Below are positions 9,836 to 18,665 of a stretch of 64,000 nucleotides of DNA, piece by piece. The stretch comes from Myxococcota bacterium (lineage in GTDB: Bacteria; Myxococcota_A; SURF-8). How positions within the stretch are numbered: position 1 is the first letter of the stretch; the number at the start of each line of letters is the position of its first letter. The notes below the pieces were generated by a model that did not search any database, was not told the origin of the DNA, and worked only from the letters and a program-made list of their open reading frames with translations. Position numbers and translations under genes: made by a program. The DNA lies in NCBI GenBank assembly GCA_965140415.1, contig OZ223209.1:3936001-4000000 (forward strand), written 5' to 3'.

Positions 9836-10720
9836 TCATGTACTTACCGCGCCCCGAGCCAGAAGCAACAAGCCCAGCATAATCACCACCGATCCGGCAA
9901 GCCGCCAGCCGGTATTCCGTTCGTGAAACAGCATAGCGCCCCATAGAAGCCCGGAGAGCAGCAATCCACCACGCTTCAATGTAATGACGTAGGCTACATG
10001 CGGCGCGACGTGCACAGCCGCCATTTGGCTGACGTTCATCAGCACCTGAATGATACCAATCAGCACCAGCGGCTTCCACAATTGGACAGCAGCTCTTTTT
10101 ACCGGGGTTTTCGTAATCACCAGCAGCGGAATGAAAAAGAGCGTGATCGTTACATTCGCCAGCGCCGGATAATAAGTCGGACCGATTTCATTCATGCATA
10201 ACTTGTCGATATTGGCGGTAATACTCCAGATCAGGGCGACCATCAGCATCAACCGCGAACCGGGCTCATATACAAACGCCCGCAGCATATCGACGAAACT
10301 TCTTCCCGGTGCACGTTGCAACAGCAAACAACCCACAACCACCACCACAATCGACAACGCCCCTTGAAGGCTCACCTGTTGATCGAGCATCACATACGAG
10401 GTCGCCATCATCATTACGGGAGTCAACGATAGCAGGGGGATATCCCGTGACAATTCTCCAACCCGCAACGCCTTGAAATAGAGGCTTACTGCGGCAACCA
10501 GTAATGCACCGCCAAGGGCAAGGTAAAAAATGACGATTGGAGTGATTGTCGGCAGCGGCTCGCTTCGAACAAGCAGATATGTTCCAAAGAACGGCAGGCT
10601 GAACAGCGAAGCCGCCCAGGTAACGAGCAGGTAGTTCGTACCGTCCATCACTTTTTTTGCAACGGCGCCCTGTGTTGCGGTGAAAAATCCGCAGGCAAAA
10701 GCTAATAGAATCCACAACAT
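9836..10720 (-). CDS. EamA/DMT family transporter
   Basis: About 10 hydrophobic helices, YFKAL..GELS, NIDK, LFHER. Confidence 0.88.
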   Translation of the reverse strand: MLWILLAFACGFFTATQGAVAKKVMDGTNYLLVTWAASLFSLPFFGTYLLVRSEPLPTITPIVIFYLALGGALLVAAVSLYFKALRVGELSRDIPLLSLTPVMMMATSYVMLDQQVSLQGALSIVVVVVGCLLLQRAPGRSFVDMLRAFVYEPGSRLMLMVALIWSITANIDKLCMNEIGPTYYPALANVTITLFFIPLLVITKTPVKRAAVQLWKPLVLIGIIQVLMNVSQMAAVHVAPHVAYVITLKRGGLLLSGLLWGAMLFHERNTGWRLAGSVVIMLGLLLLARGAVST

Positions 10721-10755
10721 GGAAGTGCTTGCTATTCGAAGTGGAGGGAACTCAC

Positions 10756-11676
10756 TCAGGCCACCGGCTCATAGGGGTCCAGAATGACGGAAAACGGGTC
10801 CGTGCGATGCAGGTAAACCTCGTCCAACATCCCCACCAAAGCCCGAATGGTGCTCATATCCCGATCCTGGGAACGATGCGCCTTGCTGAATCGCGCCATC
10901 ACGTGACGGCACTCCCAGCCGTTTCTGGCTTCCAGGGTGGCATCCCAGGTTTCGGTAACGGGCAGAGGGTCCGTTCTTCCCAATAGTTTGAAGGGCCAAT
11001 ACTTGTTCAGACCGTAGTAGACGTGCGATACCCGATGCGCCGGAGTTCCATCCAAGGTGGCGCTTGCATCCGCCGCCAGACGCACACCAGCGGTCGTAAA
11101 ACGTGACGCAACCTGGTGTTCGGGATGACCGGTAAAACCGTTATGCGGACAGAAGGTAAAAATCAGATCCGGGCGGAATTTTCGAATCGCCTGCGCGATA
11201 ACGATCGTGGGATCTTTCTTGCGTTGCCAGATGCGAGCCAGTTCCGGGCGCGACGGGAAACTTTCCACTGGCAGCGAAGCATTGAAGTAGCTCTCATGCT
11301 GCAATTCGGCCCGGTACAATTCGGCGGCGATCTTCATTTCTTTCTGGCGAACGGTCCGCAGATCCGGCAAACAGCCTTCCTGGCGGCAGCACTCACCACC
11401 TTCACCTTCCGTTAACACCAGCATATACAATGGGTTACGATACATCAGGCTGGAACGCAGCAGAATCGAACCCACCATGGTTTCATCGTCTGGATGAGCC
11501 GCCACCCACATCACCCGCGCGCCATCGAGCAGCAGTTTTTCAATATCCGCCCCTTTCGGGCGCACCGGAGCGGTCGCACAACTCGTCAGTACGGAAGCAC
11601 TGCCCGTCAAGGCGGAAGCCGCCAATAAACTCTTTGCGGAATGAAGAAGAAAATTACGGCGCGAATAAGACTGCAT
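10756..11676 (-). CDS. PIG-L family Zn-dependent deacetylase with Tat (lipo)protein signal
   Basis: SRRNFLL twin-Arg motif, VLTS-C lipobox, AAHPDDE, RQKE, GHPEH. Confidence 0.85.
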   Translation of the reverse strand: MQSYSRRNFLLHSAKSLLAASALTGSASVLTSCATAPVRPKGADIEKLLLDGARVMWVAAHPDDETMVGSILLRSSLMYRNPLYMLVLTEGEGGECCRQEGCLPDLRTVRQKEMKIAAELYRAELQHESYFNASLPVESFPSRPELARIWQRKKDPTIVIAQAIRKFRPDLIFTFCPHNGFTGHPEHQVASRFTTAGVRLAADASATLDGTPAHRVSHVYYGLNKYWPFKLLGRTDPLPVTETWDATLEARNGWECRHVMARFSKAHRSQDRDMSTIRALVGMLDEVYLHRTDPFSVILDPYEPVA

Positions 11677-11904
11677 GGAGCACCTCAACTCAATTCAAGA
11701 CGTAACGGTTTCCCGTTTTCATCAAAGCAAAAACGCAAACCTATTGCTATGATAAAAAGCGGGATAGTCCTTAACTTGCTAATATTAAAGTTCAAAACGG
11801 CCTTTAATCTACCGTTTTAACTTGACACGAGCGACCCTTTTGGTCAAGACTTTAGGTAGTTTTTCCCAATACCTCGCCCGGGAACCATTTGATAGGAGGA
11901 GTTT

Positions 11905-12537
11905 ATGCAAATGAAGAATCTGAAATCGCGTCATTTAATGTTTCTCAGCCTGTTGATTGTTTCCTTCGCTTTGACTCCGATGTTCGCCTGCGGCAGCAAA
12001 GGTCCAAAACCGACCGGCGAAGAAAAAGTAGTGGAAACCAGCCGACCGGACAAAGCCGAATGGATGGGCAAACCGACCTGTCCCGAAGGTCGCGTATGCG
12101 CCCAAGGTTCCCGTACTCATTCGAAAAAACTGGAGCACGGCAAAACCGATGCGCATCATGCCGCATTAAAGCAATTCGCCAACGACCTACAAACCAAAGT
12201 GAAAAGCCTGTATGAAGCCGGACGCCAGGAAGACGGCGGAGACAGCGGAGTGCTGACCGAAGCGTACAAAGAATTGTATGCCGCCGCCAGCAAGCTGAAC
12301 ATCAGCAACGTCAAACTGGAAGATTTCTGGTGGCGTAAACTGAAGGTGCTGGAAGGCGATCAAGAATACCACTATTATTACGATTACTTCATCCTCGTCT
12401 CGATTTCCGAAGCCTCCTGGAAAAAGCAGGTCCAGGCGCTGATCGACGCAGCCAAGAAAAAAGCGGGCGAAGCCAACCAGCAGGAACTGGTGGACGCCAT
12501 GGACGACTTCGCCAAGGGCATCTTCGAAGAGGAGTAA
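11905..12537 (+). CDS. LPP20-like lipoprotein
   Basis: AGGAG RBS. Lipobox MFA-C. Trp near the N-terminus, helix 'AALKQFA', 'TKVKS', 'DFWW', 'YFILVSIS' pattern. Confidence 0.6.
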   Translation: MQMKNLKSRHLMFLSLLIVSFALTPMFACGSKGPKPTGEEKVVETSRPDKAEWMGKPTCPEGRVCAQGSRTHSKKLEHGKTDAHHAALKQFANDLQTKVKSLYEAGRQEDGGDSGVLTEAYKELYAAASKLNISNVKLEDFWWRKLKVLEGDQEYHYYYDYFILVSISEASWKKQVQALIDAAKKKAGEANQQELVDAMDDFAKGIFEEE

Positions 12538-12580
12538 TCCTGCTGCTTTCCAAGTCATGTTCTGATTCGCGGGGGGAACA

Positions 12581-13534
12581 ATGAGGCCGGTACGGGTTGT
12601 GTTGGTGTTGTGTGTGCTTCTTTTATGGGCTTGCAGTACCACCAGCGTCAGTACCCGCCTGTTGCTTCCCCCACGCGCTTCCGTTTTCCAGAAACCACAA
12701 ACCATCGTCATCACCCCATTCTCAGGTCCACGCGGAAAGCTGATTACCGATAAAGTGCGCGCAGCCATCGTCAACGGCGGCCATCATACGTTGATTGCAC
12801 AAGGCAAACAGAATGCAACGCGCATCAAGCAGCTCGAACGCGCATTGGCGGCGGGCGAATCCGTTGACATGGGAAAGAGTGTAGCGGGCGCTGCAACGGT
12901 AATCGTCACCGGAAACGTGCATAAAGACGATTATTACATCGAGCGCGAAACGGAACTTGTGCGTAAGTGCCGGAAAACCAACAAGGACGGCAAATGCATC
13001 CTGGAAAAAACGGTGGCCGTTCATTCCATCAGTGAAACCTGCACCAGCGAAATCAACGGTCGGGTGATCCGGGTTGCCGATGGCAAAGTGGTTTTCGAGC
13101 GCAATAGCAGCGGAACGAAAACCTATTACGATTCACGTGAAAACCGCCAACCCCGCTCTCAGCGTAAGCAGATCTGCAAGCGGGCCAGCCTGCAAGCCAT
13201 CGAACAGTTTATCCCTTTTATTACGCCACATTACGCTACCGTGAACCTGCGCTTCCGAAACATCGAGGACCGTGCCAACGATACCGAGCGGGCCATTCAT
13301 TTTGCGGAAGTCAAGCAGTTCGGAAAAGCCCGCAGCCTGTTTGAAAAGGTTATCACCGATGAAAGCCTGTCGCCGGAGGATCGGGCCTGGGCACGTTATA
13401 ACCTGTCGGTGGTGCTATGGGTTCAGAAACAATACCAGGATTGTTTGACCCAGTTGGACCAGGTAATCGGTGAATTGGGCAACGACGGAGATGTACAGTC
13501 GATGTACAGCGAATGCAGCGACTACCTGCACTGA
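12581..13534 (+). CDS. Lipoprotein with CsgG/TolB-N-like alpha/beta domain and C-terminal TPR
   Basis: Lipobox LWA-C. IVITPFSG, GRVIRVADGKVVF, and TPR-like ARYNLSVV. Confidence 0.55.
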   Translation: MRPVRVVLVLCVLLLWACSTTSVSTRLLLPPRASVFQKPQTIVITPFSGPRGKLITDKVRAAIVNGGHHTLIAQGKQNATRIKQLERALAAGESVDMGKSVAGAATVIVTGNVHKDDYYIERETELVRKCRKTNKDGKCILEKTVAVHSISETCTSEINGRVIRVADGKVVFERNSSGTKTYYDSRENRQPRSQRKQICKRASLQAIEQFIPFITPHYATVNLRFRNIEDRANDTERAIHFAEVKQFGKARSLFEKVITDESLSPEDRAWARYNLSVVLWVQKQYQDCLTQLDQVIGELGNDGDVQSMYSECSDYLH

Positions 13535-13574
13535 TCACGCATTCGAATCGATTCATCCAGCCAAGGACCGAAAC

Positions 13575-14951
13575 ATGCCCCAAGCACGCAGATTCGACAT
13601 TCATCCGTTCATGCTGGCTCTTTGTATTGCAATTCTATGCGCCTGTTCCACTCCAGGACGTCCGTTGCCGCCGGGAACGATAGAAGCCTCGTCAACACCA
13701 TTGCCGAACTGGACAGGCGGCAATCCGGGCGAATTATGCCCATCCGGTCAACGCTGCGTGGTCGGTCAATTTACCGACGCGACCAGTAAAGCCCAGGCGC
13801 TTGAAAGCGCCCGCACAAACGCATATCTGCAATTGGCGCAGCAAGCCTTTCCCGTACAACTGATTCAGCGTTATCAAAGCGAGCGCACGAGCGACGACGT
13901 ACAAGTAAGCGAAGCGCTGCAAGCCGAGGTGCTGGGCCACCTGACCGGAGCAAATAACCTGGAACAAGCCTGGATTCAACGCATACGGCATGAAGTGAAC
14001 GGTTCCTATCCGGTTTATGATGGCTGGGCTTTGGTCGCGATTGACAGCCACACCTTGCAGGGGCTTTATCAAAAAGAAATCCAGCGGACGAAAACCGAAG
14101 TTTCCACCATGTCGAATTCCCTACAGAAACTCTCCCGACAGGCGGAGATCGATCCACCTCATCTGCTTTCTGCCATGACCGAACTGGAAGCGATGAGACA
14201 GCGACTGCCGAAGTTGCAACCAATCCCCGAAACAGAACGCCTGGCTCGTGACATTCAAACGAAGCAGAATCACTTTATGCAGCAACTTCAAATTCGGCAG
14301 ATCTCGACGGAAAGAAAGGGAGAAACCAACAACCTAAAGCTATCCGTTAACTTTAATAAACAAGCCCTGCCCTCTTTTCCCCTGTCGATTCAAAGCGATT
14401 GCCTGCCCAATGACCTGAAACAAACGACCTCACCTTCAGGAGAAGTGCAGATCGCCGTACAAGCGCCCAGTTACTTCCAAGGATGCACCGTACATTTGCA
14501 ATCGGAACTGCTGCCGCCATGGTCGCAAGAACTGCTCATCAAACCTGCTTTTTCCTGCCTGCAAGTAAATCTGATACCGAAATTGGATGGCTGGAATGGC
14601 AACTCGCTGAATCGGAAGATCAAACAGAAAAAGGACCAATTGACCGAACCGTTGCTCAACCGGGCCGCTGCCTGCCAATCTTCCTCCAAAACGGGACTGC
14701 AAGTCATTTTGACTTTGGCAGGAGAACTCTCCAAGCCACGCCGTGTAGGAGGCAAAGTACAGCAATGTAGCGGACAAGCGACACTTCAAGTCACCATTGC
14801 CGATTCAACGGGAAAGATGTTACAGCAGCAATCCCGTTCGGTTCGCATTCAGGCTTTAGGGTTGAATTCGAAGCAGATCGTAAACAATGCAGCAGAAAAC
14901 TTCATGAAGCAACTTGCTCCGATCCTGCGAGAATGGGCGGATGGTTTGTAG
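13575..14951 (+). CDS. Lipoprotein with LPP20-like N-terminal domain and Ig-like C-terminal regions
   Basis: AAGGA RBS. Lipobox LCA-C. PNW..C..CVVG..ALESARTNAYLQLA. Confidence 0.55.
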   Translation: MPQARRFDIHPFMLALCIAILCACSTPGRPLPPGTIEASSTPLPNWTGGNPGELCPSGQRCVVGQFTDATSKAQALESARTNAYLQLAQQAFPVQLIQRYQSERTSDDVQVSEALQAEVLGHLTGANNLEQAWIQRIRHEVNGSYPVYDGWALVAIDSHTLQGLYQKEIQRTKTEVSTMSNSLQKLSRQAEIDPPHLLSAMTELEAMRQRLPKLQPIPETERLARDIQTKQNHFMQQLQIRQISTERKGETNNLKLSVNFNKQALPSFPLSIQSDCLPNDLKQTTSPSGEVQIAVQAPSYFQGCTVHLQSELLPPWSQELLIKPAFSCLQVNLIPKLDGWNGNSLNRKIKQKKDQLTEPLLNRAAACQSSSKTGLQVILTLAGELSKPRRVGGKVQQCSGQATLQVTIADSTGKMLQQQSRSVRIQALGLNSKQIVNNAAENFMKQLAPILREWADGL

Positions 14952-14984
14952 AGATTGACCCGATGGGAGTTAGCGATGTCTTAT

Positions 14985-15145
14985 TGTAGCGGCGAGGCGT
15001 GAGCCCGCCGAAAAACACAAGTTGGTTTCAGGGTGGCGCGGGCTAAACCGCTGGTTTGCCCGTGTTCGAGGGCCACATGGGCAAGCTTCGTTTCTCTCCG
15101 CTTGGTCCATGCCACACGTCGGCGGGCTAACGCTCCGCCACTACA
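14985..15145. repeat. Nested REP/REPIN-like element (GTAG-type outer pair, GTGG-type inner pair)
   Basis: 14985-15011 and the reverse complement of 15119-15145 match at 23/27. Each starts with GTAG followed by a GC hairpin. Inner inverted pair 15033-15064 and 15074-15115 starts GTGGC and ends TTGCCC[GA]TG. Confidence 0.7.
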
Positions 15146-15188
15146 GAAAATCAAAAGATCGCATCACTAAGAATGATTATTAAACAGT

Positions 15189-16931
15189 CTAGAACGGATA
15201 GTAACCTGTAATACACAATCCTTCACCGGTGCCGAAACCGATATCGTAACAAACGTAGTCACCGCGACAAGTCGTCGAATCCCCCAGCGTGCAGATTCGA
15301 ATGCAGAGATTTTCCACTTCGTAGTAGTTGTATTCGATTTCCAGGCAATAACTGTTTTCCGGACAACTGAGAATCGGATTATTCGTATCGCAGACCTGAG
15401 TACACATGCCACGCGGCCAGATAATGTTGGGTGAAGGAAATTCAAGCAGACAGGTTCCCGATTCGCACTCGTAGGCATCCTCACAAGAACCGCCGATGTG
15501 GCTGAGATTGCAACTCATCGTATTGGGAATGCAGGTATTCCAGCCTACAACATTTCGGCAGGCCGAACCGTTGGGGCAATCGGCATGACTGTCGCAACCG
15601 GGCGAGCAATACTGATCGAACGTCTCCGAATTGTTGATGCAGGCGGCTCCACCTTCGCAATCCTCCTGACCCTCGCACCAGTCGCAGTATCCGCCACCGC
15701 TGGATTGCAGTTCGCATTCCCCAGTCTGCTGATTGCACACATAGCCTTCCGAGCATCCTGTCTCGGTGCAATCTTCGCTTGAAGGCTCGCATACTCCGCT
15801 GGTTGTATTGCAGCTAAAACCGCTATCGCATCCGGTATGCACGCAGTGAGTCGGATCGACTTCACACTGGCCACTGTTCCAGTCGCAGTCGTACCCCGGA
15901 TTACAACCGGTATTGCGGCAGTTATCCTGTGATAGTTCACAGTCCCCCGTCTGCTCGTTGCAGGTAAATCCCTCGTCGCAGCCTGTGACGACGCAATGAG
16001 TCGGGTCGTAGTCGCAACTTCCCGTTTCCTCATTGCATTGCGCACCAGCCGGGCAACCGGTAACGTGGCAATGATTGCCTTGATACTCACACTCTCCAGT
16101 GGACTCCGAACAGACCATGCGCTCGGGACAAGTTACGCTTGCGCAGCGATCGCAATATCCGCTGGCAGGACGGCATTGTTTACCCAGGCGCGATCCGTTT
16201 TCCGCAAAGATATCGCTGCAACCATATCCCACCGGGCAGAGCGTTTCATCGTCGCAGATGCGCCCGCAGTAGAATTCTCCGCTAAGATCCTGAAGGCACA
16301 AGTTAAACAGCGCCCCTTCCGAATTGCAATCGGCATCCCGTTCACAGGGTTCGCATAAAGCACCGTTTAAATACTCGATATCCCCATCGATGACGTCTCC
16401 GTCCGAAAGATCGCCATCTAAACTATCCCCGTCGGAATCCGTCCAGGGAGTGCATTTCCCATCCTGACAATAGCTGCCATCCGGACAATCTCTGCTTTCC
16501 GAGCATGAAATCGAAGAGGAATCGCCGTCTGTGGGTCTTTCCGTGCATATGCCTAACGTGAGATCGCAGTATTCATCCTCAAGACAATCGTTATCATCTT
16601 CACATCCGGTTGGATCGTCGGTATTTGGAGGCAGGCAATAGCCATCGACGCAGTCGTAGGATTCCGGGCATTCTTCCCAGGTGGTGCAACCTTGTGCAAG
16701 CTGACACTGACCATCCAGGCAGAATTCATCGATCAGGCAATCACTGGCCGTGGTGCAGGTGCGTTGCGTTCGGCAGCGATTGTTGGCGCAGAACTGTCCC
16801 GCCTCGCAATCCTCATCCTGATTGCAAGCGGACACAGCCTGATCGGCTTCCTCTTCATTGCAGCCGACCACCACAATAAGGAGGGAAATTCCCAACAGCA
16901 AGCAAAGCCAGGTAAAACGAAACCCGTTCAT
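15189..16931 (-). CDS. Extremely Cys-rich repeat lipoprotein with a short DGD linker
   Basis: Lipobox VVG-C. Several CxxxxDCxxxxxCxxxxC modules, DGD tract, six 25-aa four-Cys repeats. Confidence 0.8.
   Translation of the reverse strand: MNGFRFTWLCLLLGISLLIVVVGCNEEEADQAVSACNQDEDCEAGQFCANNRCRTQRTCTTASDCLIDEFCLDGQCQLAQGCTTWEECPESYDCVDGYCLPPNTDDPTGCEDDNDCLEDEYCDLTLGICTERPTDGDSSSISCSESRDCPDGSYCQDGKCTPWTDSDGDSLDGDLSDGDVIDGDIEYLNGALCEPCERDADCNSEGALFNLCLQDLSGEFYCGRICDDETLCPVGYGCSDIFAENGSRLGKQCRPASGYCDRCASVTCPERMVCSESTGECEYQGNHCHVTGCPAGAQCNEETGSCDYDPTHCVVTGCDEGFTCNEQTGDCELSQDNCRNTGCNPGYDCDWNSGQCEVDPTHCVHTGCDSGFSCNTTSGVCEPSSEDCTETGCSEGYVCNQQTGECELQSSGGGYCDWCEGQEDCEGGAACINNSETFDQYCSPGCDSHADCPNGSACRNVVGWNTCIPNTMSCNLSHIGGSCEDAYECESGTCLLEFPSPNIIWPRGMCTQVCDTNNPILSCPENSYCLEIEYNYYEVENLCIRICTLGDSTTCRGDYVCYDIGFGTGEGLCITGYYPF
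15696..16145 (-). repeat. 6 x 25-aa (75-bp) four-Cys coding repeat
   Basis: Consensus CxxTGCxxGxxCNxxTGxCE, e.g. CHVTGCPAGAQCNEETGSCDYDPTH and CVHTGCDSGFSCNTTSGVCEPSSED. Confidence 0.88.
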
Positions 16932-16992
16932 CGTTTTTCTTTCGAATACCCTTCAAACAAGGCGAACGTGTTATCGAAAACATCTTTACTGT

Positions 16993-17021
16993 AGTGTAAC
17001 AAAGCACAGATCGAGGGTCAA
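16993..17021 (-). promoter_or_regulatory. Putative sigma70 promoter
   Basis: Minus strand TTGACC-17 nt-TACACT with TG at the extended -10. Confidence 0.6.
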
Positions 17022-17103
17022 ACGGATGATCGTCTATCGGGTTTCATGAAACTCTATAAGACAACTCGATGCCACACGTCTTCCACGATTTCTTCACTCG
17101 ATC

Positions 17104-17502
17104 TCAATCGATATGAATAACCGCCGTGTTGTCTTGAACTTCTACCGAATAGACGGTGATGTCGTTTTTGGCCGACCCGCCCTGCAACTGACCCGAATAA
17201 TTGAATGTGGATTTGCCGACGCTGCAACATTGCACGTTGCCTTCGCCGGATAAAGGATCGAGCCTGCGCCCACCATGCGTGCAGCGGTTTTTAAAGGCAT
17301 GCAGTTCGTTGTCTTCGCCGCGCAGCAGCAGGACTCTTACCGGTGCATTCTTTCCTTCCAGGCGAATCGCGCCGCCATTGGAAGCCAATTCCGGCACACG
17401 CTGCAAGTCGACGGTAATTGCCCCGTCTTCATAACGCCAGCAACCTTCATTGGTGGGAACCTGAGTGTCGCAAATTCCAAATAGACGTTTGAAAATCCCC
17501 AT
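17104..17502 (-). CDS. Rieske-like [2Fe-2S] ferredoxin with atypical second ligand box
   Basis: AFKNRCTHGG first box. Second box reads QCCSVGKSTF. AGGAGG RBS. Confidence 0.75.
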   Translation of the reverse strand: MGIFKRLFGICDTQVPTNEGCWRYEDGAITVDLQRVPELASNGGAIRLEGKNAPVRVLLLRGEDNELHAFKNRCTHGGRRLDPLSGEGNVQCCSVGKSTFNYSGQLQGGSAKNDITVYSVEVQDNTAVIHID

Positions 17503-17547
17503 GTTTTCCTCCTGTCTTCAAAATAAACGCCGTCTTGCCTTTATATA

Positions 17548-18663
17548 CTATTTCTTCTTCGGCTTTGGTTTTCCAACCGGTTTTCTCTTGGAATCTCCAG
17601 CAGGCTTACCGGAAGGCTTCCTTGTCGACTTCTCTACAGGCTTTCCGCTGGGTTTTCCCGCAGGCTTGCCTGGCTTACCTATAGGTTTTCCCGCAGGTTT
17701 TCCTTTTCCTCGTTCATGGCGAGGTGTTCGGCGCTCCGGTCCGGAAGAGGCACGCTTGCTATCGTCATCCTTCTCCGTCTTTTCGGCACGTGCACCAAAC
17801 GGTTTCCCTTTGCTTTTGGGATTATTGCGTCCCTGCCGTTTCATCGGCGCTTTCTTTTTTCCAGCAGCACTTGATTCCGGTTTGTTGTCGTCTTTAATGG
17901 CAAATGTGGGTTCCGATTTTTTACGCGACGACCGATCCGTTTGATACAGGCCCACCATTTCATAGAGCTGAAGTATTTCACTGGGTGTCAGGGGGCGAAT
18001 GTCTCCTGGGAACATCTCCTCAATCGTCAGCCCGGCAAAGGATACCCGCTTCAATTTCAACACCTGACCGCCAACCGCTTCGACGATACGTCGAATTTCA
18101 CGATTGCGCCCTTCCGTCAGCGTGAACAGGTACCACATGTTCTTGTCCGTTTCGCGCAACGGCTCCACATCTAGCACATGGGCGACGCCATCCTCCAGCA
18201 ACACGCCTTCTTTCACGCGATCCAGCTGGGCTTTGCTCAGGCTTCCCTTGACCTTGACTTCATACTCCTTGACGACACCCGTGGAAGGATGCGTCAAGCG
18301 GTGCGCCAGTTCGCCGTCATTGGTCAGCAGCAAGGCACCTTCGCTATGAAAATCCAAGCGACCCGCTGTGAACAAACGGCGCGTCTCTTTGACCAGGTCG
18401 AAGACCACCGGCCGACCATGTTCGTCTGAAGCGCTGGTAATATATCCCGGCGGCTTATATAACAGCAGGTAAATCTTTTTCTCGAACTGAATACGCTTGT
18501 TTTCCACTTCGATCTTGTCGCGATCCGGATCGGCACGAGTGCCCAGTTCGGTGACCACACGATTATTGAGCTTCACCTTCCCGGCGGAAATCAGTTCTTC
18601 CGCGCGACGACGAGAACAAATCCCCGCCTGGGCGATCAGTTTCTGCAAACGTTCTTTAGCCAC
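17548..18663 (-). CDS. rluB: rRNA pseudouridine synthase (RluB/RsuA family) with Lys/Pro/Gly-rich tail
   Basis: ERLQKLIA..G..SRR S4 domain, YKPPGY, GRLD, LTNDG, EGRNREIRR. Follows scpAB. Confidence 0.92.
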   Translation of the reverse strand: MAKERLQKLIAQAGICSRRRAEELISAGKVKLNNRVVTELGTRADPDRDKIEVENKRIQFEKKIYLLLYKPPGYITSASDEHGRPVVFDLVKETRRLFTAGRLDFHSEGALLLTNDGELAHRLTHPSTGVVKEYEVKVKGSLSKAQLDRVKEGVLLEDGVAHVLDVEPLRETDKNMWYLFTLTEGRNREIRRIVEAVGGQVLKLKRVSFAGLTIEEMFPGDIRPLTPSEILQLYEMVGLYQTDRSSRKKSEPTFAIKDDNKPESSAAGKKKAPMKRQGRNNPKSKGKPFGARAEKTEKDDDSKRASSGPERRTPRHERGKGKPAGKPIGKPGKPAGKPSGKPVEKSTRKPSGKPAGDSKRKPVGKPKPKKK

Positions 18664-18665
18664 CG

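Noticed and set aside
11794-11848. Inverted repeats AAAACGG-11-CCGTTTT and CTTGAC-16-GTCAAG with a TTGACA box
   Set aside because: Short arms could occur by chance and the -10 match is weak, so not called as promoter or operator
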